Source: Bugula neritina (Eukaryota; Animalia; Bryozoa). Taken from it: a stretch of DNA of 64,000 bases. Position 1 is the first letter of the stretch. The number at the start of each line of letters is the position of its first letter. This document shows, piece by piece, positions 31,580-46,765 of the stretch. The stretch lies in the NCBI GenBank assembly GCA_964035545.1, contig OZ037767.1:5410707-5474706 (forward strand), written 5' to 3'. The notes under the pieces were generated by a model. The model did not search any database. It was not told where the DNA came from and saw only the letters and a program-made list of their open reading frames with translations. Position numbers and translations under genes: made by a program.

Positions 31580-31978
31580 TTAAATAAATGACTTGATAGA
31601 TGACTTAGAGGGACAGGGTTGTATTTCTGAGGGTTTGTTTAGATTTTCCCAATCAGAACGAGTTACAAAAATGCCTTCAATTGTGTTTTCATCAATTTCT
31701 TTGGACTCTGATACTTCATGAGATTTTCTGCATTTTTGGCAGCAACGACAGAATTTATACAGATAGTACAAGGCAGCGATGACAAGAGCTGTCAGCACTG
31801 ACACACCAACTATGGCAATTGAGATTATTTCATGAGGCCCAAAGTTCCACAGAGGCTCTAGTCTTTCTGATGCTGTGGTTGTGTCTAGTTGTAAAATGTC
31901 AGTAGTGGATACAGTGAATGTAGTCTCAGAGAAGATGGGTTCTGTGGATGATTCTAGAATGTGTGTTAGGTTGGACAT
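31580..31978 (-). CDS. Small single-pass membrane protein, orphan family member 1 (132 aa)
   Basis: Single coding exon. ATG at 31978 lies 1 nt after a TTTTTTAG acceptor. S/T-rich N-terminus, TM IISIAIVGVSVLTALVIAALYYLY, then KFCRCCQKCRK. Clear similarity to the ORF at 48450-48860. Confidence 0.8.
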   Translation of the reverse strand: MSNLTHILESSTEPIFSETTFTVSTTDILQLDTTTASERLEPLWNFGPHEIISIAIVGVSVLTALVIAALYYLYKFCRCCQKCRKSHEVSESKEIDENTIEGIFVTRSDWENLNKPSEIQPCPSKSSIKSFI

Positions 31979-32295
31979 TCTAAAAAATACCACATGTAGT
32001 TGTATAAGCAGAAGCAACACAAACTAATACCTCACGATATATCGTCATTGAACATTTCGGCTGATCTATGTTTGTAACCAAGTTTGTTGCTTAAACTTAT
32101 AACAGCTAGAATAATCTCAGGTGACAAAGATCAAATGTGCAATATAAAAATTCAAGTCATTTTTTGTAGTTTCTATTGTTTTATAACACTGAATAACAAA
32201 AAAATTGATTATTGTTCTAATAATATTGCACCCTTTCAAAAAACGTTTTTCAAATACAATATAGAAGAATAAAAATGACTGTAAAGACAACTTAC

Positions 32296-32435
32296 TTTGA
32301 GAGTTTGAAGATGTACTAAGCATAAAAACAGCTAGTGTATTTCTTTAGCAAATAGCTTTGAGATATATCAACAGTTGTTGGTGCGCCTAGCCTCTACTGG
32401 AAACTGGGAAGAGCTCTGTCGTGCAATTACTTATA
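32296..32435 (-). promoter_or_regulatory. TATA + Inr and non-coding exon 1 of membrane family member 1
   Basis: Minus strand TATAAG starts at 32435, Inr-like CCAGTT has its A at 32405 (30 nt downstream), donor GTAAGT at 32295, acceptor at 31980. Confidence 0.55.
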
Positions 32436-34787
32436 TTGCGGATAGAAGGTTTGCTCTCTAATCTATTGCAACTGCACTCAAAGCTTACCCAACCATAGCT
32501 ATTATAAATACCGACTACCTGATAACCACTTATCTTAGGATTTAGTTTGATACCATTTCCTTCCTTTATGTACCACATAAAGACGTAAGTCTCTTAGGCA
32601 ATTTACCCAACCTTTATTTTACCATCCTCCAATGATAAGCCCAAAATTATTGAGTATACATGCTTGTTATTCAGTTGTGCAACATATGAATGTTGCTTGA
32701 CAGTTAGATAACTTTATATTATATTAATTTACTACCAATATTTCTGTAAAGCAGCAAGCTATATTCTTAGTGCAATTCATTTACATAATAAACAAACATA
32801 CTTTTGTAACATATTTAGCTAGCGAAATATCTAGCCTATCTATTGCAGAAAGTTGTGACTAATAGTGCAATATCTTGATAAACTTTGAAATGCAACACTG
32901 TTGGGAGTCCGATGTTACAGTTGATGCTAGATCTAAGGCTAAAGCAGTTGCTATACGTTGAGCTACAGTCATTTGATATAATATATGCCGCATTTCCATA
33001 TGAGAAGTACTTAATAGTGGATAAATCAGTCATTTATGGTTATCTATCAACAAGTATAAATAGTCCCAAGGATTGCATTACATTGACAGTAATTATGTTT
33101 AGAGGTTACCCTAATGAACCTGCCAACTATACTTGAAAGCTAACAAATTATGATAGAATGAGCTGCTATGCTATGGATATTTCTAAGACTACCAGCCATA
33201 ATAATTGATGGGGAAATAATGTAAATGAAGATGCAGTTTTTTATAATAATATCTAGGCTCGGCAATTGGCCCGAGATTAAACGAATATGTCGTAAACTTT
33301 GTTTTCATTTTTTTTCTTTAAAAATAGATGCGCTACCATAAAATTAGTAATGCACTAAAGTCTAAACATGTGGTGCGGTAACTCGTGCCGCGATAATTGT
33401 GGGGAGCTAAGACTCTTACCTATATAGTTTGCTAGGCTAATAATTTCCTTTGTTAGCTTCTTATATCAACTTTACGCATATATTTCTGAAGCTAAGAATG
33501 TGTAATTTTTAAATTGAAAACTCTACAAGTGTTAAAAATGTTATATATATCTAATTTACAATGAGTGCAATGGCTACAGTCAAATAATTTGAACTATAAT
33601 TAAAATAGCTTGCAACTATAATTGGTAAGGAAATGATGGAGTTATGACAAATTTGGTGTTTCCTTTTTAATTAGGCAATACAATATATTATTTCTAAATA
33701 TTTCCATCATTGGGTACACTTCCACCAGTATTTTAGAGACTTTGAATGTCACAACTTAAGTTCATCATATATAGCTCCTGCATATTGGTGTAGATTTGTA
33801 ACTTCCATATACTCATGCTAATAGAAGAATTGGTTTCCTGCCTTTCAATTATTTGTATATATTGTAAGCAGTATATTCGGTATGCCTATATTATATTATA
33901 ATATATTTTTGCATTGCTGTTTTGATAAAAATATATCATAATTATAGTATTTCAATGTGTAAAAGTAATGATAAATGTTTAAAATATATTATACTTAATT
34001 GTAGCTTGTATTTCAAACAAACGTAATTTGGGCATACCATTATTCAAGCTGCATGTATATAAAAACTAAAGCATAAAAGCATGCATATATAGAACAATCC
34101 TCAAAATTGGAGCAATAGCCGCTTTTATAAGTAGTCTCCAGCTACAATTACAGTAAAGATACTTATATTTACTTTCTTTATATTATAACGGTTCAACAAA
34201 TGTTTTATTAAATGAGAATTGTAGGTCTAGTAATGAAAATTGGCTTCTATTAAAGAATTCGCGATAAACATTTATACAAACCAGTAATGCGCCATATTTT
34301 GTAACATTTAGTTATGCAAATAGCTACATAATTGGCTATTGTAAATCTCTACGTTTATTGAAAATGTAAACTAAAGCTGCACATGCTGATAAAATTTCAA
34401 TGCGTTTTAGCCATTTTAATTACAATGTATGAAGATGTGTAAGTAATTTAGTAGAAACAGTGCTGCACTGGCAGTTTAAGAAGTAGTTAAACATCAAACG
34501 TGATTTATCATTTAGAGATCTCTATAAATAAGTTACTAATTCTGAGAGAACAAAACTTAGCGAAATTGTTCAGATGATAAACTAAAAATCTTACGTAGAT
34601 AAAAACTGTTTTATATGCAAGATATCAAATTATAGACTTTGTTTTGAGGCATGGTTTCTTACATTTCTATTATTAAGATTTTAATTAGCCATAAAATAAA
34701 TTTTTAGATTTCTACTGGCACAAAAAACACTTATAAAGATTTTTTAGTATATTTCTTTTGCTATTTTTACCAACTAACTATAATACT

Positions 34788-34824
34788 TAATAAATAAATA
34801 AAATAAATAAATAAATAAATAAAA
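34788..34824. repeat. (AAAT)n microsatellite
   Basis: Directly visible. Confidence 0.9.
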
Positions 34825-37800
34825 TTTCTTATGTTATTTCTAACAGTATATGGCTATGGTATATTTTATAGAAACTATCATTTGACAGGTTTGTTCATAT
34901 AATTTCAAAGGCAGGTTTTTTGAGAAATACAACAGCATGCAGTCCTGCAATGAAAAACCTTTTCGCGATGCAGCGAATCATCAACTATACAATACTGTGT
35001 CGGGTCATTCGCTAACAGCTAGAAATGATACAAACTATAGATAGCTGTCTTACAAAGCAGGAGCAATACTAATGATTGAATGCTCTACGTATGTCGCACC
35101 ACCAAGCAGACACACTCATATTATTTATATTTTATTTGAATCTGTAATTAACCTACATTTTATATGCAAGGAAATTGAGTCTAGTTCTTGAGAATTCTCA
35201 TTAAAATTACTTGAAGCAAAAGTTATAAAAACATTGTGTTGAAAGCTAGACTTCATTATTATACATACATCAGAGCCAAAAGAGCTGGTTATAATAACTT
35301 TGCAAAACAATTATTTTTGTGGTTATTTTAAACACAGTATCATGACGTATTGAAATTTTTAATTTAAAACTGCCTCTTTTAATATTTTACATACTGTAAT
35401 TGTCAATTTTGGTGAAGCTATCTTTTTAATTAGGTTTAACTTATATAGCATTGAATTACATAGTATATTTGCAATATTGTACATTTCAATACCAACAATG
35501 AATTTCAAAATAAATAATTTATTTGTTATAGGGTTTTAAGTAAAACTCAGAAGAAAATGTTATAGTTTTCTTTATCACAAACAACTAGACACTATGAGTA
35601 ACTGCATGAGTAGATCAATGGAAGTTGAAAAAAATCGCTATTGATGAATAATAAACTAAGCATTTTAATTACGTAATATGAACTCTTTCTATATATTCTA
35701 TGTAGATGGGCTTTCAAATAGTCATGAAATCACTCAAAGCTATTTCATCAATAGCTAAATAAGGTTATATTTTACAATTAAACTTCAATCAATAAAATAT
35801 ATGCTTTGCTAATAATAAATGGTTAACCTTTAAAAAAAATCGAAAGCTTGACAAGCAGAGCAAAGAGACACAATGACCGGGTCATGAATAGAAACCTGCA
35901 GACACCAGCGGCTGCTTTTCAATTAAATGAGACTTTATTTCAATTATATTGGCACACGACTGAAGCATTCTGTATAAATTTGGCACTTATAGTTACATCG
36001 TATATTAATGAGAGACGCATAAAAAGCTAAATGACTGTTAATTATTCACTTATTTTTGCCATTAGAACTAATCATAAATTTCACAAATAAATCAATTAAC
36101 TTCTTCCAGCTCCAGGCAAGGAATTATAAATCTGTCTGCATTCTGAATTGTGTAGAGATTTGATTCAACTGCCAGATGCAGAGAGATATTATTAGCTTGC
36201 AAATATATTGCAGCAGGCTACCTGCAGTTTTTGCAAACATTTAATTAATTATAATATATGGCATACTTGCAACAAATACAACAAAAAATGGGTATATTCT
36301 CAAAATTATGTTATTGGCTAATCATTGGAAAATACTGAGCCAGACTTACAGGCAATAAATTTGTTGTGTAAGCATTTCCTTTTTATATGCCGAATATTAT
36401 TTGTTACTTAAACGATTTATGATACTTATTCCATTTGTATATACATGCAATGCATTTTGCTTTAAGGTATGAATTTAAATAAACATCAGGCATCTTAGTA
36501 AAATGAATGTTATTTGATTTTGCATGGTAATCATGTTAGCGTTGTTTTATCGCAATGCAAATATTACTTGTTGCTGCTTTTAGCTGTCTACAACCTTTTG
36601 ATAGCTTTTTTTAAAACCTTCTCAACTTTGGACTATCTGCGTGTTGTATATTATAAATGCTACTGAATGAGGTTTACTAAGTGGATAATTTTATCGTCTT
36701 ATGTTTTCAATGCAGGCTATAACCCTGAATCAATTTGCTCTTAATTCTATACAATATAAGAACAATTCACAATATTCTTTAGCAAGACCTACTAGATTTG
36801 AATTATGTTTTTATTAATTATGTAACCTTAACACACGATTTACTACTGCAGAAACAAAATAAAATAATGTTAGTCCAACAAATAAAACCGGAGGGTTGCC
36901 AGCTAAATCTAAAGCATGAAGTGGTTTGCAACCCATGACCATTTAGCTGCTCCATACGGTTTTTAATCAAAGATGCAACAACAACTTGACTGATTAAAGT
37001 TACAGCAGATGCTTTATAGTTGTAATGATGTTTGTGGAAATCAATTAAATTATACGCAAGTTCTAAAAAGATATGTATGCAATAAAATTTCAAAAAGCTC
37101 ACTATTTTAATTCTGCTCACAAGGTTTGTTTATATTTCAAATTGTTTAAAGGTCAAAACCTTAACACCTGCAAACCTTTTTATATAAACTGAGCAAGAAG
37201 TAAAAACTTTAAAGCACTGTTCGCATACTTTAAAATATTAAGTGGTGGTAATTAAAAAAGGTTAGCATATGAGAAATTGAATTTTAAAAACGTCATCCAA
37301 AATTGAAGTTTCGGTGGATCCTAATGTAGTTTGGACTGTTTGAGGCTAAATTAGTCTTTACATCGTATTGAGAAATTGCTACAAGCTTGTCTAACATCTT
37401 GTTACTATAAAGCAACAGTTTGACCAGAATAAGTTCAAAATTGGTCTTTATTTTATTTCTATGCAAAAATTAGCTGAGTCAAATATTATAATGGCAATTT
37501 ATTAATCTCCGATCTAACTATCAAGTCTATTTAGATTTACCAGTCATAATGATAATTAACAATCATTAAGTCTGCTAGATTTATATTGGAAAAGCTGAAG
37601 AATTGATTTCTTAGTTTTGTGTGCGAAAAACATTTATTTAAGATTCCCATTTTACTAATAAGCAATTGCCACCGTAAGAACATAAATTATACAACCAGTT
37701 TATTTCCTTTGATATATTCAAATGATTGATGCCTCAAAGTTTACATAAATGTTAGCAAAGAACTTTGTAGTATGGCAGGTAAAGTAAGATTGATCTGTTA

Positions 37801-39191
37801 TCAATTGGGCTATGCAGCTGTTCTTAGACAAAGCTGACATAAAGCTGACTTAAAACTTATTGGTAACAAAATATATAAGCAAGAAGCAAATAAATTTTGA
37901 ATTGAACGTCCAGCAATTGAAATCAAAATCATTGTTTAAAAAGTGTTTCTGCAAAATAAGAGACATGAGAATTACCTAGTATTTTATATAAAGTAAAGTA
38001 CTAAGTTGTCTACCAACTTTGTTTAATATGCTAAAGAAAATTAAGTAGTAAAGTTGACAACCATGCAGGCCAAAGAAATTATAATTATCTGTTGCGAGGG
38101 TGTTGCTTGAACCCCTGTGCATTAAAATACAAAATAATATAATACTAACAAATGTGGGTAAAATACAGCTGACCACATTTCACTATAAGCTGAAAGTACA
38201 AACGATATTAGTTTTCTTTACACTATGTTTGGTAGTTTCGTAATGCTAAGGAAAGATAACTCTGCTAAACTAACCTCTCATAAAATACTGACAATGAAAA
38301 GTTGAACTTATCAAAAATTTAAGTCGGAGATGCTCTACAAGTGCCGGCATATTCCTCAGCTTATCACTCAAATACTCACATGTAATTAATGGTTGTTATG
38401 GCCACGAAAGTATCAGCTAAGTATATAAATTGTGGTATTATGAAAAGTTAGCACTAATACCCCATCTTCAGCACATGTAAAGAGTCTTATCATACTGTGG
38501 TAATTATGATGGTGGCAACTCTATAGATAAGATTAGTAATTTCCTGTGCAAAGGAATGATGTCATTTGACTGACATTCTTGTTGATAACTAGAGACACTT
38601 TAACAAAACAGTTACATGGTGTATGTATATCTCTAGTAAAAAAGTTTGATTGTTAATAGAACATGTTATATAAGGCTTGCATTAGAATTTAGATGATTAG
38701 GAAAAAGGTTCACAGCTGAAATTAGAACAAAACACTATAGCTAGTTGTAAGTATTACAGCAGCAATTAAATACATATTTGTGTTTGAAATTTAGTAATAT
38801 AAATTAAAGGATAGCCTGGTCAAATAGACTAGACTCCATCTTCTTCTGTTTTTCAATACTAATATACAGATTATATTTATCTTTTCCTATTACTTACCAT
38901 TTACTGTTTATGGAACCAACACTACATACCTGTATTTTATTTAGGCTTTCCTGGAAGTAGAAATATATGAAAGCGTAGGAATTAAAAATAGCTGAAAACC
39001 AGAACATCTATCAAAAGCCATAATTAACTTCGTAGTAAAATGTTTTGCAATCACCAGTGTTTGGCTGATCATTACAACATTTATTCCATTTTAGGAGGAT
39101 AACTCCAATAGTACAAATGCAGGTAGGATTACTGAATACAAAATTATCTACCAGCATATTATGTAAACAGGAAACAGCTGTTGTCACCTGT

Positions 39192-39410
39192 GAGCAGCTG
39201 TGGTCTAGGGGTTAGAGCGTTTGACTATAGTAAGCAGGAAGTCATGGGGTGTAGCCTCAACATAGGCCATTGGTGATGTTAGGAGGAGCATCCAGTCATA
39301 ATTGCTCCTGTGCCCCATCTGAATAAGTTCTTAGCCCAATTTAACAAAAAGCTATTTCTATCAGAGGTTTCTCACAGGGATGGTGACTATAAAATTGCGT
39401 GAGCTCTTTT
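39192..39410 (+). mobile_element. tRNA-derived SINE, copy 1
   Basis: A box TGGTCTAGGGG and a degenerate B box. The body is shared with 59047-59262 (GGCCATTGGTGATGTTAGGA, CATAATTGCTCCTGTGCCCCATCTGAATAAGT) and it ends in a T run. Confidence 0.82.
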
Positions 39411-42400
39411 ACAAGCTGATGCAAACAACTTGTAAAGCTTTGATGTTCCGGTTATCTACAAACACACATGCTTATTGCACATAAATAGCCTTGTATTACA
39501 TATTATACGCAATAGCACCCAATCTCAGAGTTACCGTATAAAAAGCTTAGTCTAGTCTTCTAACTCTATATTTAACAACAATCACTTAAAGATACAGGCA
39601 GTTGCTCAAGAGCTGATTCAAAGTGTCACTCAACTATCAGTGCTAGCAGTAGCTTACCACCATTTGGGTCCGCCTCTGCTACATACTTCCTTAGTAGTTT
39701 CCTCACAACTTGGAGAGTTACTCTCACCTTGCGTTACAAGGTGGCTAGCCATGTTTCTTCCTTCTCTCTTGCATATCAGGATATCTTCCTGGTGAATCGG
39801 CAATCTAAAACTAGAATCTATCAGGAGGTGGTGGGCTGATATAACATGTGAGATCGCCTAAAGTAGTTTGTGGAAAACTTCCATTAAGCACTAACCGTTT
39901 TCACATGTCTTAAGGACCAATGGGCAGATTTTTTCTTTAGCATAAAAAAGTGAGAGAAAGTTAATTTTTTTAGATATTGGAGCATCACTTGCTAAAAATT
40001 GGAATATTCAGGCTTAATACAGCTGCATTACAATTCATAGAATTAAATATGATCAATGTGACAAATGACATTGCATGCATCTATAAATCACAGTTTTTAT
40101 CTATCTATAGCTACTCAAGGACTTTTATTCTTTAATAGTATATATAGCATAATACTATTTTTTTATTCATGATATTGTCAAAATGCTGCAAATTATTTAT
40201 TTTTAAATTGAATAAACTTTGATACTTACAGCAATGCTATTTTATCAGTTGATGTAATTTCAAGTGCATATAATTTTTATTTCAAATGTTCACATTCCAA
40301 ACCAATATATATGTTATATATACCATAATCATTTGACTACTTACAGATTTTTCTTTGAAGTGGATATATTTAAACAAATGCTTGTATATAAACTAATTAG
40401 GTTATTCAGTCATTCACTCTCCTATTTCTAAACTCATGACCAATTTTAGCACAACATCCTCTCTCAGGCCTTTATGGATGCCGTACAATGGGCAAATACT
40501 TTTAAAATAATTTATATAATTGTGGCATAAAGAAATATTATGGAGTATTGATAAATGCAAATTAATCACAACAAATAGAAACTAATGTTTGAATTTCTTT
40601 ATATTTAAATATTACCAGTTTTAGTGAAAAAAGCACTATACTCATCAAAATAATCTTCAACCATTAAAATTGCTTAATTGCATTGCATTTTAGAAGTTGT
40701 GTTACCATGTCAGAATTCTTTTTAGTATTGCACTTTCATGTTACATACATACAACCGGCATTTTCCAAGTGTGATCACTTGCTGTGGTTTGTTAATTAAT
40801 CACAGACTCTATTTATAACATTTTTAGTAAATTAATATTGATAACTTTATATAAACTCTTTGTTATATTCAATTATGGAGATGTGCTATAATGTACTGTA
40901 ATAGAATTATAAGTATGCTAACATTTTGTGCACTTATTAAGCAAGTATAATAAATTCATATCAAATTGGTGCGACCCCATAACAAAAAATGAAAAATCTC
41001 AACCAAATCAAACTACAAATCAATTTTTATTAGGCAAACAAAGAGCAAGCTTTGAATTTTTAACTATTTTGCATATTATCATGCAATCATCCCTCCCCCC
41101 CCCCCCCTTTGCTTATCGGCATGAAGAATGTCACAGAAAGCCTAATCTCAAAACCCAAAGATTATAAGGTGGGGTTTTACTCGTGCTGGTAAAATTAGTA
41201 ATACAGCGGTGAAAAATGATCACTCAATAAGTTAATTGTACTAGTCTTATACTACAATGCATGATGTAGTTATTGCATGGATCAAGATTCAATGGCTAGA
41301 TAGCCAATGAACTTATTTTGCATAACAAAGCAGAGTCTATAGCAGGAGCTGATTCGGAAGTTGTTTGGGGAACCCTCATACTAATTACCATACAATACAA
41401 TGGCATACGGTTGCCATAATTAGATTCCAAGTGACAGCTGATGTATAGTAGAGCAGTGTGTTGGTGGTTCCACCCACACCGCCAAGTGAACACCTACAAC
41501 TCTTCTTCAAGGGTGTATGACGTTTGCTAAGCAATTAGTGTATGCACTTCTATATATAATCACGGATATACTCCTCCCAAATAAAAATAACGAATTCATC
41601 AAAAAGTTCAAATTAAAATTACAAATTTTCAAACTTAGGTTTTTTGCAGATTATGTTGTTTGCAACTTTAATATGACTGATTCCGGTATGCTGCATGTTG
41701 CAATATCACATAAAGGCTAATGATCCATAACAAGGGGTCTTGACTTTCTGGATTAAGTAATTTTAAGGATATCACAGTTAATTACTTTATTTTATAAAAG
41801 CATCAGTAATTAGCCAAAATTGCTATAGGAGACGTTTCTGATCGGACTTTACCAGTACACCCTTGAACCCCCTCCAATCCTTTTGGATACTTTCTCACCT
41901 GCATCCAGCTACTCTTCGTAAAAGAGGCACAAAAAATATGTTTTACATGCATTCAAATAGAATGCAGCATGCATGCCTCTTGTATCACATGTCCTAATTT
42001 GAGCAAACTTAATAGAATAAAGTTTGATTTGAGTTTTTTTCTGTCAATATGGCACAATTGGTACACAAACCCTCTTAAATGTGCTCTATTAAACATTCCA
42101 TGCACTCTGATATTTTGCTATTGTAACTGCTTCTTTGTCGTTAGATTAATTACATCTTAAACAAAAGGCCTGGCACTAGATTGCAACTGGAGCCCGTACA
42201 TCAGTAAATGGAAAGTGTAGGATCCGTTTATCATGCCAATTTTTCTGTCAACAATAAACCATCATAGATAGCCTACGTCAAAATCAAAACCAACAATTAT
42301 GCAAATGATTTTTTTTTGGGCTCAATTAAATTACAATAATGCCCGTGAATGTTATGTGGCCAGCTTTGCATTGTAATGCACGTGGTAAAAGCTTTTAGAG

Positions 42401-42685
42401 AAATGAGCAGGACCTTATGAACAATAGACTTGAATATTTAATTACCTCCAAACTAAAAATAATTCATTTGTTATATTGACAGGTGTTGCTATAATTTGGC
42501 AAAGTGACTGGTAAGTAGCTTGGACATAGATGAATCTTGGATTAGCTGCCAAACCACATGCAAACTGTGTAGAAACAGTTCCGTCAAGCAAAGATTGTTT
42601 AAGGTTTACATCTGACTTATGTGAAAAGTTAAAATGAAGTCCAACATGTTTTCTTTCACCATGATGGGTTACTTTACATACAATT

Positions 42686-42870
42686 GCAAGGCAGGTGCAG
42701 CAAAGATGAAATTGAGAAAAGCCTATGTTCTGAATTAAAAATGAAGCAAAAGAAGTTATGTTCTCCCAAGAGTTTCAACCCGCAACCCTAACCAGAATTT
42801 GGTAATGAAATTAAAGAACTCAGGCCATATCTCAATTTCTCCACTACTGCTCCTAAATGATAATGGCATT
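42686..42870 (+). repeat. Dispersed repeat family R1, copy 4
   Basis: GGTGCAGCAAAGATGAAATTGAGAAAAGCCTATGTTCT...AGGCCATATCTCAATTTCT is colinear with copy 1. Confidence 0.7.
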
Positions 42871-43410
42871 TATTTAGTTTTTTCTTACAATTACTGGCAG
42901 CCATTTTGGAGAGGTACTTGCAAAGACTCATCCTTAGAACCTATATTAGCTACAGCTCAGACCACCAGCAGCTGCTTACACTGCATGTATTTGAAATCTT
43001 AGTAAGTTCCTATAAATAGTCCTAGAAGAGGAAGATCCATGCAATACTAACTGGTAACCTTATGAGATTAGATCTCTTCTTAACCTTTCCCAAACCACCA
43101 GCATATAGTCTAGCTAATCGCTTTTGATGAGACTGATAACTCTGCTCCTTACCCAACCAACTACCTTTACAGTAATATCATATATTTTATTGTCATTGTA
43201 GTATCATGACTCAATTTGATTTAATTTGTTGGGGCGTCTATAATAATACGCTTTGAAGACTAGTTTTAAGCAAAAAAAGCATTTAAAAAATTGGCATCGC
43301 ATATCAACATTATTTATATTCGAATTCAATAATATGCAAAGAGTGTAATTTATTCAAATTAAACTGCGGTGAGCTTTATCTAGCAATAAACAGCACTAGA
43401 AAGTTACAAA

Positions 43411-43501
43411 TACAGCCAGCTAAACAATGCTATACAACCAGCTATAATACACCACTATACAATCAACTATACAATCAATTAAACAACACGTTATACAACT
43501 A
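43411..43501. repeat. Degenerate ~12-bp tandem repeat (CTATACAAYCAR)
   Basis: Units CTATACAACCAG, CTATACAATCAA x2, TTAAACAACACG, TTATACAACTAA. Confidence 0.6.
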
Positions 43502-46500
43502 AATTAATTGCAAGATTTGGGAGGCATTTCCTTGAAGTATTCAGAGATCAATTGGGTGCTTCTAGCAAATCAAATATTGTGTCGCACCAGTAGAACAGCG
43601 CAACTTCCCCCTCTTAACGAGGAAACTATAGAAATAGAAATACTTCCTTTTTAAACACAGCCTGGTGGCCTCAAGCTGTTGAATTATTCATGATATGGAA
43701 TCATCTGGAAATATTTCATAGTGTTAAGTGCCTGGTAGAGGGCAAATTTTGTTGATATTGATAACTATAAGAACATTGCTCTGAAATCAAACCAATGCAT
43801 TCCTGATAGAGTTTTTGTACAATTAAATTTAAATTTGTAAGTTATGCTCTTGACAGAGAGTTGTTTTATTAAGATTTTAACTATTTGCAAATTGAAGTTA
43901 CTAGTAATCAGCGCTTCCATGCTGGGCCCCTAAATACTCCTTCAGCCTTAAATTTCACCTCTCTGTCGTGCAACCAAACAGCTCTAGATTTCTATAGAGA
44001 ACCAACAGGATGTACTTCAGATACTTCCTGAAACTAGCCACAAAGAATCATTTTTATCTATTCGTGCAGTACGTATGCCAAGCAACACATAAAGCATATA
44101 TGTTATACATGCATATATTATACACAAAAAACTGTGCTTATAGCTGATAAAAGGGAAAAGGAAGTTGTTGGTATATTCATGTAAATTATGTGAACCAGAA
44201 ATATAACATGTGGGTATAAATAACCTGTTGAAATCCGCCTAAAGTGCATGCACCTTTCATTATTAATCTATAGTTTTGCTCAACCATAGTACTTGCAGCT
44301 AAACAAATTTTTAGAAGTATAAATTTATAACCGGGAACTTATTTGAATGCTAAGTCATTAGTTTATGTAAAACTGCTATCCAAGCATAAGTTGGTATTTT
44401 CAAAAAGCTTGCCTAATGTAGGCTATATTATTCTCAGACTACACAAAATTATTACACATAACCGCATTTTTACACCGTGGGCATTAGTAGAAATGTATTA
44501 AATATATGTAGGTTAATTTATATATATAAAATATACTCCATGTTTTGCTCGTTTGACACATCCTTCAATGCTAAACTTGATGAGATTATTAGGAAACACA
44601 GCTCTACCAAGCTCTGCTGTGCTGTGAACCTAGCTAAAAGATCCTGCTGATACTGTTTGTCTGTGATTGTGTAATCCAGGTGGTTAACTTGATAATTGAA
44701 TTTAGTGGTCAAAGAAATTGAAAAATTAGTATTGAGACAATGCCTATCAATCAATTTACTGAAGACACCATGTTAAATGCCATTGCTTTATTGTTATTAA
44801 AATCCTGTTAACTAATTTCGTACTGAGTTCCGGTATAGCTCACACACCCACACACCATGTAGTATCCTATTGTCTGCTATGCTAGTATTAACATTGATAC
44901 ACTTAGCTGCGGTACCTTACACCTTCGCAAGTACTTTATGTGTAGCATTACTGAATACTGCTTGCGTTAGCCTTATAAGGCCTGTGCAGATGAGCCCTTT
45001 CTAATAAAGCAACTCATTATCGAATTAATCTAAAGCGTTTTCATCATCTGTAACTATAATAATTTGGTCCCAGTTATGCATGTCTATTGCAGCTAAAGAA
45101 ATAAAATAGTTTTAGCTTATGCATGGACTATGAGCTATATAACTGTCTTTTCTCTAGCGTCAGGATAGGAACACTGAAAGTTTTATTTTCATGGACATAT
45201 TTCTGTTTAACTAGATGTTGCCTTCAGCTTGCTGAAGCATCTAGGAATGTACTGTAATTTGGAAAGAAAATATTTTTTCTCTCCAAGCTTTACTGGCCAT
45301 GGATTGAACTAATATAGTTTTATTATATAGTTTATACAATGCTTAGCAATTGAATAAAGTAGTTACCTCATAGTTCTACCGTGTTATCTGTTAAGGTGAT
45401 ACACAATCTGAAGCTTTTCATCATGCAAGCAAGTTAAACAAAGAACTCACTACTAAAAAGCAAATGGCGATACTTTCCTTACTCACCTCTTACATTTTTT
45501 ATTTTCAATGTTTTGTTAACTGAAAATGATCAGTGTCAAACCAAAGTTTTTTTTACTGTTTTTGCTTTTTTTTCTGGTGCATCAAGCTAAAAAACTAATT
45601 AGTTTTCAAAAGAATTCTTTCAATTTTATCAACATTATAGAAGGTCCTGAAACAAAAATTTAATTGATCTATTTTGCCAAGTATTTCAGATTTTTTTCTA
45701 GAGCTATTTTTTGTATCTTGATGATTGGTAATTTGTCAATTATATAATTCAAACGGAGTTGCGTTCTTGGCAAAGAAACATTATTGGAACCAGCAAAATC
45801 AAAGACAATGTCAAAGACAAATTAGTGATTATTTTGCATTCTATACACAAATTCCTAATGATTTTTTAATTGCCACACAATACGCTAAGCAGTTGGTAAT
45901 CTGCCACCATACCCACTTGTGCTTTGAAACCATGAATGTGGACTGCATGCAAGATTTTTATATCAATTGCAAAAGCTGGAGCTCCCTACAAGCGTGATGT
46001 TTTTAAGAAACAGTCATGATTTAGTTACTTAGTATATCGACTCAATGATGACTTATAGCTTAGTGATGACTTAAGATTTTATATCTGCTGTCACAATGTT
46101 CTCTTCAGAGTTTAGCGGTTCTGCAATAGTCATTAGAAATGATCTCTTTTGGCACGTAGCAGCAATTAATAACGGTCTCGGTCATGTACGCTTTTATTTG
46201 TTTTTGATTAAATGACATATAGTTAACGTATTTCATTGCTATCAGCTTATTGTAACTTGGTTACTTCCATTACTTACATCATCAGATAATGCAGTTCAAC
46301 AATTCAACATCATATTGACATGCATCTTACTCAACATAATATTCACTTTTTGACGGTAGAGATGTAAGAGCTAGGCCGAGCATGAAGAGTTTTTGCAAGG
46401 AACAAACCTACGTAAAAATACTATTATGCAAAGCAAGCTTTTTAAAATAGTGCTTTGCATCAAAACAAACCCATTTCATAGAATTTATTTTAAAAAGCTA

Positions 46501-46624
46501 TGTTTAATAACATCCTAGTTATTTAAACTAACATGCCGAATTGAACTGCTATATAAAACTTTGCCAAACTTTGATCTATATAGCGCTAATTCTGAAAACT
46601 CCTCGACAAATAGACTTACCTCAC

Positions 46625-46765
46625 TATAAACTATATAACATAATATGCTAAATATTATATGTTATATGTTATATGCTATATATACTATATGCTATATATA
46701 CTATATACTCCCATTATATACTATACACTATATATACTATATTATACTCTACCTGACCTATACTC
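46625..46765. repeat. Low-complexity (CTATATA/GTTATAT) repeat
   Basis: Directly visible. Confidence 0.7.

Noticed and set aside
39192-39270. tRNA gene call for the SINE heads (also 59047-59125)
   Set aside because: No convincing cloverleaf, and the homology continues ~140 bp beyond the tRNA-like part, so these are SINEs.
39600-42300. GC-richer patches that may be decayed transposon coding sequence
   Set aside because: No recognisable transposase, gag or RT motif in the frames I read.
43525-43700. FLEVFRDQLG...IVSHQ, weakly like the Gypsy pol region before RT
   Set aside because: Short, interrupted by stops, and no RT motifs follow; needs TBLASTN against Repbase.
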